Part shown: one piece after another, positions 55,108 through 63,027 of the stretch
How the letters are laid out: every line of letters begins with the position of its first letter
How positions within the stretch are numbered: position 1 is the stretch's first letter
Source of the DNA: Candidatus Omnitrophota bacterium
GTDB lineage: Bacteria > Omnitrophota > Gorgyraeia > Gygaellales > Profunditerraquicolaceae
Reading direction: 5' to 3'
DNA length: 64,000 nucleotides
Assembly: GCA_025453395.1 (NCBI GenBank)
Contig: JALOQK010000007.1
Span: 6,524-70,523 of the forward strand
The notes under the pieces: generated by a model
Seen by the model: only the letters and a program-made list of their open reading frames with translations
Database searches by the model: none
Told to the model about the DNA's origin: nothing
Program-made: the position numbers and the translations under genes

Positions 55108-55263
55108 TTACCTCTTGGATTCATCCAGCTCTTCCTGCGCCTGCTTTAGCCGCGCGTTCATTGAGCGCTGGATATATTGATACATCGCTATCAATGCCGC
55201 CGATATAACAATAATAAGCATCGCGTATTCCAGAAAGTTCTGCCCGCGTTTTGAATTAAGCAT
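55108..55263 (-). CDS. flp: Short Flp pilin (51 aa), absent from the ORF track because it is under 60 aa
   Basis: Manual translation gives MLNSKRGQNFLEYAMLIIVISAALIAMYQYIQRSMNARLKQAQEELDESKR*. The ATG is at 55261-55263 and the TAA at 55108-55110. Confidence 0.65.
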   Translation of the reverse strand: MLNSKRGQNFLEYAMLIIVISAALIAMYQYIQRSMNARLKQAQEELDESKR

Positions 55264-55266
55264 AAA

Positions 55267-55545
55267 CTATTCTCCGCTATCTTTTCCTGCGATGTTGCTT
55301 GTTACCGAAGCTGCCACCGTGCCCATAACCCCTTCTTTAGTCAACCCGCCCTCAGGGGCAGCTTCGCCTTGGCTTACATTTCCGGTGTCATCCGGGACAT
55401 TGTTGACTATTGCCCCGGAGGCAGTGTTAAAATAATTTTTAAATGAGCCCTTCATTTTCATAATAAAACCCGCTGATACTATCGCGGCTATTACCACCGC
55501 CATAATTACAAAATACTCCGCTGTTGTCTGGGCTTTTTTATTCAT
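55267..55545 (-). CDS. Flp-family pilin paralogue (92 aa)
   Basis: KAQTTAEYFVIMAVVIAAIVSAGFIM. Confidence 0.7.
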   Translation of the reverse strand: MNKKAQTTAEYFVIMAVVIAAIVSAGFIMKMKGSFKNYFNTASGAIVNNVPDDTGNVSQGEAAPEGGLTKEGVMGTVAASVTSNIAGKDSGE

Positions 55546-56400
55546 TTAGAGCACCTTTTTAGTCACAAAATCCAAGAGTATCGGCCCGCCGATGACAATG
55601 CCGATAACCGGAAGTATGCAGAATATTAAAGGTATCAATATCTTTAACGGCGCCTGCATGGCGATTCTCTCTCCGCGGTTAAACCTCTGCATGCGCGAAT
55701 CTTCAGAAAGTATGGTAAAAGCCTCGGCAACCGGGGTGCCCATTCTCTCGGCCAAAACAAGGGTCTGGACAAAGGAACTAACTTCAGAAATATTAAGCCT
55801 TCTGGACATGTCTTTTAATGCCTGCGAACGCGATTTGCCCCACTTGATTTCCTCCAGCACAAAACCCAATTCTTCAAGCATGGGGTTCATGGTGGTTTTT
55901 TCAAGTATCCATTTTATGGAAGTGGTAAAATCCAGGCCTGCCTCAATACAAAGCCCTAACAGATCTACTGTTTCCGGCAAAATGCGCGCGATAGCATTTT
56001 TGCGCCGCGCGATTATCTGCTTTAAGAAAATATCCGGGATAATATACCCTAATGCCAGACAAACAATAAATGTCGGGGGGTCGAATTTATTAAAACCGAA
56101 ATAAGCCGCTATGCACAAGACAACTATCAACAATATTTTCAGATTAAAAAAGGCCTGAACGCTGAATTTTACCCGCGAGGCGTCAAGCTTAAGCTTGATC
56201 TTGTCATAAATCTTGATCTTCTCCAGCATTTTATGCGTAAAAGGAAAGATATCATTAAGAAAAGAATTAAAATTAAATTTCCCTCCAGTTGCCTCTTCGG
56301 ATAATTTCATGCGCGAGGCGGAAACTTTCTCATCATACCGCGAGGCAAGAAGGATGAAACTGGCGCATCCCACGATAAAAAGAATTATTAATATTTCCAT
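55546..56400 (-). CDS. tadC: TadC-like inner-membrane platform protein (T2SS F-type domain), 284 aa
   Basis: Polytopic membrane protein with T2SSF-like helices. It is adjacent to the TadB-like gene and the pilin genes. Confidence 0.75.
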   Translation of the reverse strand: MEILIILFIVGCASFILLASRYDEKVSASRMKLSEEATGGKFNFNSFLNDIFPFTHKMLEKIKIYDKIKLKLDASRVKFSVQAFFNLKILLIVVLCIAAYFGFNKFDPPTFIVCLALGYIIPDIFLKQIIARRKNAIARILPETVDLLGLCIEAGLDFTTSIKWILEKTTMNPMLEELGFVLEEIKWGKSRSQALKDMSRRLNISEVSSFVQTLVLAERMGTPVAEAFTILSEDSRMQRFNRGERIAMQAPLKILIPLIFCILPVIGIVIGGPILLDFVTKKVL

Positions 56401-56418
56401 ATCTCTCCTATTATCCGC

Positions 56419-57288
56419 CTATACTTTTATTTGGCTGAATTTATGGATCAAAATCATCCCCACTATTTGTAAACCGCCCGCGATAATCAACATAAACCTG
56501 CCCTGCTCGTTTTGCATCATCGCGTCAAAATGATGCGGATTAAATTTCAATACCCACATCACAAAAAGTATCGGAAGAACCGACATGATTATGCCCTGCA
56601 GCCTTCCCTGAAGGGTCAAGGTCTTAATATTCTCTTTTAGTTTACGGTTATCTCTAATGGTAGTCACCAGGCGGCTGAAGACCTTGGTTAAATCTCCTCC
56701 TGTTTCACGCGCCACCAAAATAGAATTAACTACCATGCTTAAATCTTCCATCATCATTCTTTTATCCAGCCTGCGCAAACTCTCCTCAAGGGTGATACCC
56801 ATCTTATTTTCCCTTACCACTAAGCCGATTTCCTGGCTCATCGGAGCAGGCATTTCTTCAATCAAAACCTCAAGCGACTGCAAAAGGCTCAAGCCGCCTT
56901 TTAAGGAACTTGAAAGTATCATAATCGCGTCTAATATCTGGACATTGAATTTTTTGCGCCGCCTGCCATTACGGATTTTTAATATAAGATTTGGTATGAC
57001 AAGGCCCAAAAACAACCCTGCGATAGCAATAAGCGGCGAGCCTGAAAGTAAAAAGAATATTCCGGCAAATATCGGAGGCAGGATAAAGTAAAAACGCACG
57101 ATGGATTTGGGGCTTTTATCATAATAAAAAAGCTTATCCAGCTCCTGCGCTACGACTTCTTCTTTTTTTTCTTTCCAGATTTTTAGTTTATCTTCAAGGG
57201 AAGGGGCAAACGCCATAGTAAGGATCACAATGGCCGCCGCTGTCAAAAACAAAACACTTATCAAAGCCATGCCGCTAAACATTGTCAA
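56419..57288 (-). CDS. tadB: TadB-like inner-membrane platform protein, 289 aa
   Basis: Membrane protein paralogous to the adjacent TadC-like gene, in the order typical of tad loci. Confidence 0.75.
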   Translation of the reverse strand: MTMFSGMALISVLFLTAAAIVILTMAFAPSLEDKLKIWKEKKEEVVAQELDKLFYYDKSPKSIVRFYFILPPIFAGIFFLLSGSPLIAIAGLFLGLVIPNLILKIRNGRRRKKFNVQILDAIMILSSSLKGGLSLLQSLEVLIEEMPAPMSQEIGLVVRENKMGITLEESLRRLDKRMMMEDLSMVVNSILVARETGGDLTKVFSRLVTTIRDNRKLKENIKTLTLQGRLQGIIMSVLPILFVMWVLKFNPHHFDAMMQNEQGRFMLIIAGGLQIVGMILIHKFSQIKV

Positions 57289-57312
57289 CTCCTGTTATGG
57301 TGTGCTTGCCTT

Positions 57313-57669
57313 TTATTGTGGCCAGTACTCATCACTCTGCTTGGCAACTGTTTCTGTGCCTGTGCGGGTCTGCTTCTGCTTACTGACAGTAGTAGTCTTG
57401 GTCTTCGCGCCAACATCATCCCCGGCCGCAGCGTCTTCGGTTGTGCCAGACACATCCTCGGAAGATTCTGTGTTGCTGATAATTGTATATTCATTGGTAG
57501 TCTGCCCGGGAGAAAATTGTTCTCCGATCTGGTCAGAAGCTTCCCTTATTTTTCCTTGCACGCCGCGCTTAAAATATGTCTGCATGGCGATAAGAGCGGC
57601 TACTACTACGGCAATAATTACCGCGTATTCCAGAGTGCTCTGAGCTTTTTCACTATCACGCATAAACAT
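57313..57669 (-). CDS. Flp-family pilin paralogue with C-terminal extension (118 aa)
   Basis: KAQSTLEYAVIIAVVVAALIAMQTYFKRGVQGKI. Confidence 0.65.
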   Translation of the reverse strand: MFMRDSEKAQSTLEYAVIIAVVVAALIAMQTYFKRGVQGKIREASDQIGEQFSPGQTTNEYTIISNTESSEDVSGTTEDAAAGDDVGAKTKTTTVSKQKQTRTGTETVAKQSDEYWPQ

Positions 57670-57712
57670 TTTATCACCTCCTCAAGCTTTTGACCACCTT
57701 CTATTAACAAAT

Positions 57713-58096
57713 TTAATGACCGCCCAAATACCCCGGGGCAGAAGTATCTTCTTCCTGCCACCCGATAACCTGCTGACGAGAAGCATCGGTTACTTCGCTA
57801 CCCACAACTCTCTCTACCTCTCCCTCTTTCTTCAGTCTCTCTGTTTTAGTAGCATCGGTCTTACTCTGGGCGCTTGAGGAAGCATAATACGGCTCATATT
57901 GTCCGCTTGTAAATTCTAAAGTCTGCCCTCCCACATCCCCAGCTGCACCGGTATGATCCACAACGTCTTTTGTCCTTCCCTGCAAGCCCCTTCTCACATA
58001 AACCTGCATGGCTAATGCCGCGCCTACAACCAAGCCTATTAAGATGGCGTATTCTGCGGTAGACTGTCCGTTCTTTTTTCTTAAACGCATAAACAT
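57713..58096 (-). CDS. Flp-family pilin paralogue with C-terminal extension (127 aa)
   Basis: KNGQSTAEYAILIGLVVGAALAMQVYVRRGLQG. Confidence 0.65.
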   Translation of the reverse strand: MFMRLRKKNGQSTAEYAILIGLVVGAALAMQVYVRRGLQGRTKDVVDHTGAAGDVGGQTLEFTSGQYEPYYASSSAQSKTDATKTERLKKEGEVERVVGSEVTDASRQQVIGWQEEDTSAPGYLGGH

Positions 58097-58144
58097 TTTT
58101 CACCCCCCTTTTTTTATACCCTTAGCTTGCCAATTGCCTGCCTG

Positions 58145-58312
58145 CTAAAACTTTATCTTGTCTACCCCGCTTTTCATCTGGTCGCCTACATGCGTCAACG
58201 AATCTTGAACCCTATTTCCGATTACCTTGTTGGCAACCACAACTATTGCCGCGACAATGGCTGTCAGGATAACCACATACTCCAAGGTTGACTGCCCTTT
58301 TTTCTTGATCAT
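58145..58312 (-). CDS. flp: Canonical short Flp pilin (55 aa), first gene after the promoter and leader; absent from the ORF track
   Basis: Manual translation gives MIKKKGQSTLEYVVILTAIVAAIVVVANKVIGNRVQDSLTHVGDQMKSGVDKIKF*. The SD GGAGGAG lies 6 nt upstream of the ATG (58310-58312). The stop TAG is at 58145-58147. Confidence 0.75.
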   Translation of the reverse strand: MIKKKGQSTLEYVVILTAIVAAIVVVANKVIGNRVQDSLTHVGDQMKSGVDKIKF

Positions 58313-58342
58313 ATCTCTCCTCCAGTTAATAAACTGTTGTTT

Positions 58343-58480
58343 ATCCCGACGTTACGCTTCGCGTAAGTCGGGATTATTTCGGCCAAACGATTTACGTTCA
58401 CTTCGTTCCGTAAATCGTGGCCTCAATAAAAAAGCCGAGTTACCAATATAAACCTTTTTTAGGCTTTCGGTAACCCGGCT
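58343..58480 (-). promoter_or_regulatory. Structured 5' leader: three consecutive stem-loops between the promoter and the first flp gene
   Basis: H1 (58343-58374) pairs atcccgacgttacgc with gcgtaagtcgggat. H2 (58381-58422) pairs a perfect 10-bp acgatttacg with cgtaaatcgt and has GGCC clamps. H3 (58433-58480) pairs agccgagttacc with ggtaacccggct. None is followed by a U-tract on the coding strand. Confidence 0.5.
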
Positions 58481-58523
58481 AACGTTGTCGCTTTTGACCC
58501 TCCAGAAATTGCGAGCAATCGTC

Positions 58524-58553
58524 CCGTGGCTTTGCGTGGCCGCCGACCTCCGA
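58524..58553 (-). promoter_or_regulatory. Conserved leader motif CCGTGGCTTTGCG...CCTCCGA, copy B
   Basis: Identical 13-mer plus 7-mer to the copy at 49600-49620. Confidence 0.5.
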
Positions 58554-58582
58554 CAGCCGTGCTATTTCGTTGCCGCAATCAA

Positions 58583-58611
58583 ACTATAACATTTCTAATA
58601 AACACTGTCAA
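58583..58611 (-). promoter_or_regulatory. Near-consensus sigma70 promoter for the flp/tad operon: -35 TTGACA (58606-58611), 17-nt spacer, -10 TATAGT (58583-58588)
   Basis: The minus strand reads cTTGACAgtgtttattagaaatgtTATAGTttg. It starts about 33 nt after the stop of the HTH gene. Confidence 0.6.
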
Positions 58612-58643
58612 GCCGATTACCCCTAAGACAAGAAACCGTTTTC

Positions 58644-60419
58644 TTAAAGCTTAAACCAGATTCTTTTTTCCTGAAAACTGCATCCGGTTTCGTTAAGCCT
58701 TAAAAAAGCGTATTCCAGATCTTTGCGCCAGGCGCAATTTTCCGGAAAAATAAATTCCGCGGTATAATGTTTATCAAAGGCGGATAGTTTTGTTTTTAGA
58801 TTGTAGAAACGGCTTTTCATCGTCGAGAAATCCACGTCCTGATAGGACGCGGGCAAAAAATGCCACCTGAAATAGGCGTCCAGAAAATATAAATATCTCT
58901 CCAGGTACTCTTTTATTTCGGCGGGTTTTTCCTGCGCGTCCACCCAGGAAAAGAAACGCTGGGCATCAGCGGTATAAGTGAACAATTCCATTTTACGGCT
59001 ATAATCCTGAAAGGTTAATTCCGGAGCCGGCCATCTTTGAAAATAGGCATGGCATAAATCTTCTGTTGACAAGTTTGCAAGCAAAGAATTCTTCAGAATA
59101 AGCAAAGAAATCTTATCCCCTAAAGATGCTTTGACTGCGGCGCCTTTTAACGTAAACCATTGATTCTTATCCGGTTGCAGTATATTTATTTCTATGCTCG
59201 CCACAAAGATCTTCTTTCCTAAAGGCTTAATCTCAAAGGGGCAGAAATCGCTTATGGATTGAACTTTACGGTAATTGACAAATTGCCAAGGCCAAACCGC
59301 GAAGATCAAACCGGTTTTTTTATACTGGTCAAATTTGAAAATATTTATGTCCTCAAAACGCTCCCCCTGAAAAATAAGTGACGACACATAGGCATCATCT
59401 TTTCCTTCGCAGGCGTTGAATAAATCCACAAATTCTTCTGTGGGCCGTTCATATCCGGGCGCGGAAAAAAGAATCCAAATATTCTTTTCATTTAGGGCTT
59501 GGTTAGCGTAAATCCTTGTTTTGCTTAATGTTAGGGAAAAATCATAGGTTATGTAAGGAGTAGACCAAACTGTATAAAAACGCGGGTCAAAATAAAGATA
59601 CTTGCCGCTGGATAACATTATTTTCAGGCTGCGCACTTCTTCCGGGATTGTGCCCATTAAACGGCCTATTTCCGGAAAGACCATTTCCTTAACCCTTTCT
59701 AGCTCATTAAGATACGCGAGAAAATCTTCTTTGCTGAAATTGGCTCCTAATAAAGGCCAAATTTCCGGTTCCAGAGAGGGATTTAACAAGAAATTGTCAA
59801 ATAGGGAAGAATAAAATAAAGCTTCTAAGCGCTTCAACGATTGCTCGTTGTAATAAGAAGTTTTATTGAAAATTTGATTGTTCAAACGAGGCAAACCTTT
59901 AAACAAGGAATCTACTGCTTTTAAAAGAATCACCCCGGTTGTAATTGCTTCTAAGAACTTATCTTCCTGTGGTGCAATGGCTTGCGGTATAGAAACCGGA
60001 ATAAACCTTGGCTCTGGCACTGGCTCCGGAACAGGTTCGGGCTTTGGCTCTGGTTTAGGTTCAAAGATAGGTTCTACTTTGGACGGCTCTTCTGCTTTTG
60101 TTTCTTGTGGCTTTTGGCTTGTGGCTTGTGACTCACTAGTCGGATTTAATTCCGTGACAGGCTGCGCCAACGCAAGCGCCTTACGGATTCTCTCTTTTAA
60201 CTCTGGAGCAATGCTCTTTTTGGGCCTGCTTCTGCGGCCAACAGGCATACTTAAACCTGACTCTTTAAAAACCGCGTTTATGCTTGATTTTGAAATATCA
60301 ACCTGAAATTGTTCTTGGATCAATAGATTTAAAGCCCGGCAGCTTATTTTGGGGTTTTCTTTCTTTTTTAGCAGTATAAGCTGTTTTATTTCATCTGTAA
60401 CTTTGTAAGCAATCCCCAT
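58644..60419 (-). CDS. HTH-domain protein (591 aa): N-terminal helix-turn-helix, a GRRSRPKK basic patch, an (EPKP)n/(PEPV)n Pro-rich linker, and a C-terminal domain of about 400 aa of unknown function. Candidate locus regulator.
   Basis: The N-terminus KISCRALNLLIQEQFQVDISKSSINAVFKESGL is HTH-like. Its own promoter is covered by the TTGGACATT array. Confidence 0.55.
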   Translation of the reverse strand: MGIAYKVTDEIKQLILLKKKENPKISCRALNLLIQEQFQVDISKSSINAVFKESGLSMPVGRRSRPKKSIAPELKERIRKALALAQPVTELNPTSESQATSQKPQETKAEEPSKVEPIFEPKPEPKPEPVPEPVPEPRFIPVSIPQAIAPQEDKFLEAITTGVILLKAVDSLFKGLPRLNNQIFNKTSYYNEQSLKRLEALFYSSLFDNFLLNPSLEPEIWPLLGANFSKEDFLAYLNELERVKEMVFPEIGRLMGTIPEEVRSLKIMLSSGKYLYFDPRFYTVWSTPYITYDFSLTLSKTRIYANQALNEKNIWILFSAPGYERPTEEFVDLFNACEGKDDAYVSSLIFQGERFEDINIFKFDQYKKTGLIFAVWPWQFVNYRKVQSISDFCPFEIKPLGKKIFVASIEINILQPDKNQWFTLKGAAVKASLGDKISLLILKNSLLANLSTEDLCHAYFQRWPAPELTFQDYSRKMELFTYTADAQRFFSWVDAQEKPAEIKEYLERYLYFLDAYFRWHFLPASYQDVDFSTMKSRFYNLKTKLSAFDKHYTAEFIFPENCAWRKDLEYAFLRLNETGCSFQEKRIWFKL

Positions 60420-60430
60420 ATAATCCCTCT

Positions 60431-60499
60431 TTGGACATTTATTAGGTTAGATAGCAATATAACATTCAGTTTGGACATTGTCAAGGCATTTTGGACATT
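60431..60499 (+). promoter_or_regulatory. Three TTGGACATT sites (60431-60439, 60471-60479, 60491-60499; spacings 40 and 20 bp) flanking or overlapping the HTH-gene promoter, at roughly +10, the spacer/-35 edge, and -45
   Basis: Direct sequence. The orientation and core are identical to the 49970-50018 array. Confidence 0.6.
60456..60484 (-). promoter_or_regulatory. Near-consensus sigma70 promoter of the HTH gene: -35 TTGACA (60479-60484), 17-nt spacer, -10 TATATT (60456-60461). It overlaps the TTGGACATT sites.
   Basis: The minus strand reads gccTTGACAatgtccaaactgaatgtTATATTgct. The -10 lies about 37 nt upstream of the ATG at 60419. Confidence 0.6.
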
Positions 60500-60522
60500 T
60501 TATGATAGGTTTATTACGAGGA

Positions 60523-60864
60523 TTAGCTAATAAGAATGGTATCGCCTTCTTTGGATTCAGAAGAAACAAGACTGCCTGCGGGAAATTCAATAACATAGGC
60601 TGCTTGCAAATACACCCCGCTTAAACGCCAGGGCTTTAGGTTGGCAATGATCTTTATTATCCGGTTCTCTTTATTCACGAATATCAAATCCAAAGAAAAT
60701 TTCATAAAGAAGGTGTGCACAGAATTACAAGGCTGTAAAATAAGCGCTTGGCCGTAAGACAGAGATTCTTTCCCTAAAAGGCCTTTCATACGGCTAAATA
60801 AAGAATCTGCCACTGCCGCATTCTGGGCAAGGCAGACACCAGAAGTTAAATTGGTTATTCGCAT
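60523..60864 (-). CDS. DUF192 (COG1430-like) small protein, 113 aa
   Basis: LILQPCNSVHTFFMKFSLDLIFVNKENRIIKI matches the DUF192 signature block. Confidence 0.7.
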   Translation of the reverse strand: MRITNLTSGVCLAQNAAVADSLFSRMKGLLGKESLSYGQALILQPCNSVHTFFMKFSLDLIFVNKENRIIKIIANLKPWRLSGVYLQAAYVIEFPAGSLVSSESKEGDTILIS

Positions 60865-60869
60865 TGGGA

Positions 60870-63023
60870 TTATTTAGAAAAAGTGTTCTCTGGAAGAGGA
60901 ATACCTTTAATCTTAATTTCTTCCATAAAAGTAGGCAGCTCTCCGGTAGGCTTAAAATCTCCTAAAACCTTGCCTTGAGCATCTATGCCGGTTTGCTTGA
61001 AGGTAAATATGTCTTTCATGGCAATATGCATATCGTCTTTCATGCCGGTTATTTCAGTTACCTGCAGGACCTTGCGGCTGCCGTCGGAAAGCCGGGCAGT
61101 ATGCACAATGATGTTTACTGCCGAGGCGATCATCTCGCGAATGGCCCTTATAGGCAGTTCAATCCCGGACATTAAGATCATGGAATCAAAACGCGACAAA
61201 ACATCCCGGGTAGAATTGGCATGCACTGTGGTCATGGAGCCGTCGTGCCCGGTGTTCATTGCCTGAAGCATGTCCAAAGTTTCTACCCCGCGGCATTCCC
61301 CGACGATAATGCGGTCCGGGCGCATTCTTAAAGTATTGCGGAATAAATCGCGTATAGTTACAGCGCCCCTTCCCTCAATGTTTGCCGCACGAGATTCAAG
61401 ACGAACCCAGTGCTCCTGGCTTAATTTAAGCTCTGCGGCATCCTCAATAGTAACAATGCGCTCTTGATCGGGGATGAAAGCTGATAAAATATTAAGCACC
61501 GTGGTCTTGCCGCTTCCGGTACCTCCGGAAACAATGATATTCTTGCGGCATAAAACGCTTGCCTTAATAAAATCTGCCATCCCCTGGCTGAGCGAACCCA
61601 TGCCGATTAGCTCTTCAATCTTAAACCTTTCTTTGCGGAATTTTCTTATGGTAAGCGTAGGCCCGGTCAAGGAAAGAGGAGGAATAATCGCGTTGACACG
61701 CGAGCCATCCGGAAGCCGCGCGTCCACCATAGGGACTGACTCATCAATTCTTCTTCCGATGGGAGCGATGATTCTCTCAATAATTGTTTTAAGCTGGTCA
61801 TTGGAAATAAATTTCTTGCTGGTCATCTCTATTTTTCCGAAACGCTCAACATAGATTTCATCTTTATTGTTTACCATAATATCCGTAATGCTGGGGTCGG
61901 CCAAAAGGTCTTCCAAGGGGCCTAATCCCAACGCCTCGTCAAGCATCTCCTTGACTAATTTCTTGCGTATTTCCGACGATGAAATAAGGCTGCCCGCCTC
62001 TTCGGCAAGAAAATTTGTCACCATCATTTCGGCCTTTATTTTTAACTCTTGCGTTTTCTTACTGTCGGCAAAGGTGCGGGAATCCATGCGCTTTAAGTTA
62101 AGCTCTTCAATAAGCCGGGCGTGGATCCTGCGCTTTAAGATAAGGATCTCATCATCGCTGCTATAAACTTCCGGCTCCTGCAGTGGCTCGGTCAAGCCTT
62201 GCTGCAGCCAGAAATCCCCTCCCTTAGAAACAAGGATCTCTTTAATCTTTAATTCATCTATTCTGCGCGCTGGCAAATATAATTTCTCATTTACAGCTAA
62301 ATCCTGGGCTAAGGCTTTAATGGCCATGGCAATCTTGGTCTTGGGACTGTCTATCACAAGCGGCACCCCGCGGTTTATCGCCTGCCCGCAGATTTTACCT
62401 TCAGACGGGATTTTAGCGATGATCTCTGCCGGCAGGTTTACCCGCACCTCCTGCCAGCTGATGCTTGCCAGAGATTCCGCGCGGTTTAAAACTATTCTTG
62501 TCATGGCTAGAGGAAAATGTAAAAATTGCAATGTGTCAAGAGCCCATTTGGTTTGGTATATGGAAAGGATATCCGGGGTCACTACAAGCAAAATAAGGTT
62601 GGATTGATTAAGGGTAGCTATAAAAACATCGCTGAATTGCTTTCCGGCGTCAACAACAATATAATCGTAAGACTTATCCAGGCTTGCCAATATATTCTTG
62701 ATCTGCAGGGGATCAACATGCGGAGCTGACTGCGGACGGGTGACCGCGGGGATAAAATCAAGATTCAACAAAGAATTATGAAAAATATAATCTTCTTTAT
62801 TTGCCGCGCCAGGGGTCCTTTTTAATTGGCCTATCCAGTCAGCCATGGTCTTGGTAGGATGCATATCCAGCATCCGCGCCATGTCGCCAACTGCTTGCAT
62901 ATCCAGATCAATAAGACAGACCTTCTTGGCCTGGTCATTAGCCAAAGAAACAGCCAGATTAGAAGCAAGAATAGTCTTTCCTACTCCGCCTTTTATGCTA
63001 AAATTAACAATGATTTTTGCCAT
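60870..63023 (-). CDS. cpaF: Fusion of a TadZ/CpaE-like ParA/MinD-type ATPase domain (N-terminal) with a CpaF/TadA secretion ATPase (C-terminal), 717 aa
   Basis: The N-terminus has IKGGVGKT (deviant Walker A). The C-terminal part has VSGGTGSGKTT (Walker A), VGECRG and TGHDGSMTTVHANS blocks, typical of CpaF/T2SSE ATPases. Confidence 0.8.
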   Translation of the reverse strand: MAKIIVNFSIKGGVGKTILASNLAVSLANDQAKKVCLIDLDMQAVGDMARMLDMHPTKTMADWIGQLKRTPGAANKEDYIFHNSLLNLDFIPAVTRPQSAPHVDPLQIKNILASLDKSYDYIVVDAGKQFSDVFIATLNQSNLILLVVTPDILSIYQTKWALDTLQFLHFPLAMTRIVLNRAESLASISWQEVRVNLPAEIIAKIPSEGKICGQAINRGVPLVIDSPKTKIAMAIKALAQDLAVNEKLYLPARRIDELKIKEILVSKGGDFWLQQGLTEPLQEPEVYSSDDEILILKRRIHARLIEELNLKRMDSRTFADSKKTQELKIKAEMMVTNFLAEEAGSLISSSEIRKKLVKEMLDEALGLGPLEDLLADPSITDIMVNNKDEIYVERFGKIEMTSKKFISNDQLKTIIERIIAPIGRRIDESVPMVDARLPDGSRVNAIIPPLSLTGPTLTIRKFRKERFKIEELIGMGSLSQGMADFIKASVLCRKNIIVSGGTGSGKTTVLNILSAFIPDQERIVTIEDAAELKLSQEHWVRLESRAANIEGRGAVTIRDLFRNTLRMRPDRIIVGECRGVETLDMLQAMNTGHDGSMTTVHANSTRDVLSRFDSMILMSGIELPIRAIREMIASAVNIIVHTARLSDGSRKVLQVTEITGMKDDMHIAMKDIFTFKQTGIDAQGKVLGDFKPTGELPTFMEEIKIKGIPLPENTFSK

Positions 63024-63027
63024 GATT

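Noticed and set aside
55592-57091. Plus-strand ORFs of 106-170 aa inside the TadB/TadC region (55592-56104, 56213-56533, 56657-57091)
   Set aside because: They are antisense to well-supported membrane-protein genes and have low-complexity translations.
49970-60499. TTGGACATT arrays considered as a CRISPR-like or satellite repeat
   Set aside because: There are only three 9-13-bp units per site with 20-bp phasing, no spacer-like unique segments of CRISPR length, and both arrays sit at promoters. An operator interpretation is preferred.
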